DNA of 64,000 bases from Chrysomallon squamiferum (lineage: Eukaryota; Animalia; Mollusca), in contig CM022669.1 in NCBI GenBank assembly GCA_012295275.1, positions 18,476,001-18,540,000 on the forward strand. Direction: 5' to 3'. Both the position numbers and the translations under genes were made by a program. Below the pieces are notes generated by a model. The model worked only from the letters and a program-made list of their open reading frames with translations. It did not search any database and was not told the DNA's origin. Below are positions 61,602 to 64,000 of the stretch, one piece after another. How positions within the stretch are numbered: position 1 is the stretch's first letter; every line of letters starts with the position of its first letter.

Positions 61602-62929
61602 TACCACCTACTGGCACAAATACTCAGATCATTATCTCTTTTATTCATTTCTACCAGCCAATATAGCAGCACTGACAACAAAAGCCATTCTGAAATCATC
61701 CACACAGCAATACAAAACAAGACTTGAAGGTAATAACTCCAGTGTCTGGTGTATATCAACATACAGGCCAGTGGGTCGACTGCCCAGAGAGAGATATGGC
61801 TTACACTGTATTATGGCAGACACAACAAAACCTGACTTGCCCTTGCATGTCTGTCTGTACTGTGTACTGAAAGATTTGTTATTATTCTTCTGATATCAGA
61901 TACTTAAATCTGTTATGCTGAAGATATAATCGCTGCCTGATACATTATTTTAACCAGTTACTGGCAAGGAATAGTTTATAAATGAAGATATATTAATTAT
62001 ATTAATATTAATATTTGTTATTATAAATAGTTATTAGAGTGATAAAAAAAAAAAAAAAAAAATTGTTATAATGTTGATAAAAGAAGAAATCACTGTTTCA
62101 AAGAGATTTTCTAAGTCACAGTCTTTGATAAATAAGTCTAGATACACTTATTGGAACATGATATAGTATTACTATCATCATCATCATCATCATTTATTCA
62201 TTTATTCATCTATTAAAAAAAAAAATAAATAACAACAGTTATCATTAACAAGAAGCAATACCACCTGCTAATGATATACCAATCATAAGGAATCAGTTGG
62301 AATGGGAAATATCCCAACAGATTTGGTCCTGTGACCATGACATTAACACTTATCAACAGTGTTTCAATGACATGTCCACATGGACAAACATATAATAACA
62401 GACACAACAAACTGTCTAGCAACCTTCACATTTTTGCACTAATCCTTAATCACATTCCCTACACAATTATACATCAAGCAGACTGTTGAATAAAAACTTG
62501 TATTAAATACTTCAGCCAATAGCTATGAAAAGTGATGGCAAGAAAAGGAAGGGATACTAGAAAATAAAAAAGAAATAAAGAAAGAAAAAATATAGAGAAA
62601 GAAAATATAAATCATTCAGAAGATAAAGAAAAACAGAAAAAAATAAAAATAAAAATAAAAACGCCTGCAAATAAACAACTTTTATAATTATTAAATTTAT
62701 TTAAAATGATTTAATTTTAATACCATTAATACACTATTATTATTTACCTATTTATTTATTTATTATTTTATTTATTGTCTATTAAATGCTAATTTATTTC
62801 CAGTTTAAAACACCTCTGTCAAGTCTTGTTTATTTATTACTCTAAAGGTTTGTTACAGGGAACAGAGGTTAGATTGGGCTATCAGTGAGGTTACATAACA
62901 AGACAAACTAAGTCAGGGCTGGGGACAAA

Positions 62930-64000
62930 ACCTCCACTCTTAAATTGCCCCAACATTTGTGTGCATATCAAATGGGTTATCTATACCAAACAGGTTATCT
63001 AGAATTATCTAACAATGTGCAAATTTCTGATAATGCTAAATCTTGTAAGCTCATCCCCCAAATACTTACTTCTTGCTCTGCCCTAACAGGGTTATCAAAT
63101 GGGTTATCTAGAATTATCTAACAATGTGCAAGTTTGTGATAATGTTAAGTATTGTCAGGTCAACTCCCAAATACTTACCTCTTGATCTAACTTGACATCT
63201 GGTTATCAAACAGGTTATCTGGAGTGATCTAACCCTTTGCAATTCAGAATGCAGCATAAATAAACAGCTTTCAGATATACAATGTTAAGTATTTTAAGGT
63301 GAAAACTCCAATCCCACTTTTAGTCCTTAACCCTCTGACCTGCCTTGACATCTGATTATCAAGATTGTCTAACACTGTGCAATAAGCCAGTCCCTCAGGC
63401 CAAAAAGCAGTTCAAGCTAAAAATTTACCTGTGATCTGTGCTTACGTTAGCCTGGATTTTAAGTATTTTAAGCTGTAAACTATTGCTTTAGAAACTATGT
63501 AAAAATGTTGAAATAAACCCAAACACATTATTAATCATTACTATTTTTATCTGCCCTCAACCCTGCCTTGAAATATCTTTTTACCTGCCCTGTAAATTAT
63601 GAAAAAATATTACAATATTACCACACCTGTGGTTTTAGTAGAAGAAGATAAGGTGAACTCTAAAATGCCTTCCAGCACTGAACCCAGTTCCTTGATCTAC
63701 CCTGAAATCTGTTTGGTTTTAAAGTAAAGTCTTCATGAAGAATCTGATACATTGTAATAACAAACTGCTAATAGCTTCAGACAAAACATAAAAACACACA
63801 AAGGTGAACCTCACTCACCTCTTCTCAAACCCTATCCACTGATATGTTTGATTAGCAAAAGGTTATCATGATGTATCTAATACAAAGCACATTATAAACA
63901 TCAAGCCATTCTTATGTCCACGCTTCCCTTTCAGCTACAAACCCCACCCCTTTGATTTGCCCTTAAATCAGTTTGGTTATCAAAAGGTTATCAAGAAATA
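62930..64000. repeat. Degenerate tandem repeat/satellite of about 110 bp running to the window edge
   Basis: GGTTATCT(A/G)GA at 62993, 63102 and 63213 (periods 109 and 111), with shared AACAATGTGC and CAAATACTTAC blocks. More diverged GGTTATCA/TTGATCT copies continue to 64000. Confidence 0.8.

Overview
Eukaryotic (metazoan) genomic DNA: very AT-rich and dense in homopolymers and microsatellites. A lophotrochozoan/mollusc origin is plausible but is only an inference from composition and repeat fragments. There are no prokaryotic features (no operons, CRISPR or rRNA), and almost all ORFs in the supplied track are microsatellite artefacts. The main feature is the 3' part of one minus-strand spliced gene. 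Seven GT-AG exons join in frame by hand: 52139-52279, 24099-24260, 18335-18502, 17833-17948, 11786-11945, 10841-11451 and 4099-4917. They encode about 725 aa: three RCC1-type beta-propeller blades followed by a long, low-complexity, probably disordered tail. The 5' exons were not found and probably lie beyond base 64000. At the left end is a compact putative bidirectional promoter (YY1-like motif, CRE palindrome, RFX X-box) with divergent splice donors. Other notable signals: (i) a cluster of K-box/miR-2-family seed matches just downstream of the stop codon; (ii) several perfect nuclear-receptor elements in the 28-kb intron, including a 21-bp palindrome with a consensus ERE; (iii) an interstitial (TTAGG)22 tract flanked by TTAGGG, next to a TGATGTAAT cluster; (iv) CpG-retaining intronic islands; (v) two tandem arrays and degenerate SINE-like fragments. 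I found no evidence for a wholly new multi-gene system; the findings are regulatory hypotheses.
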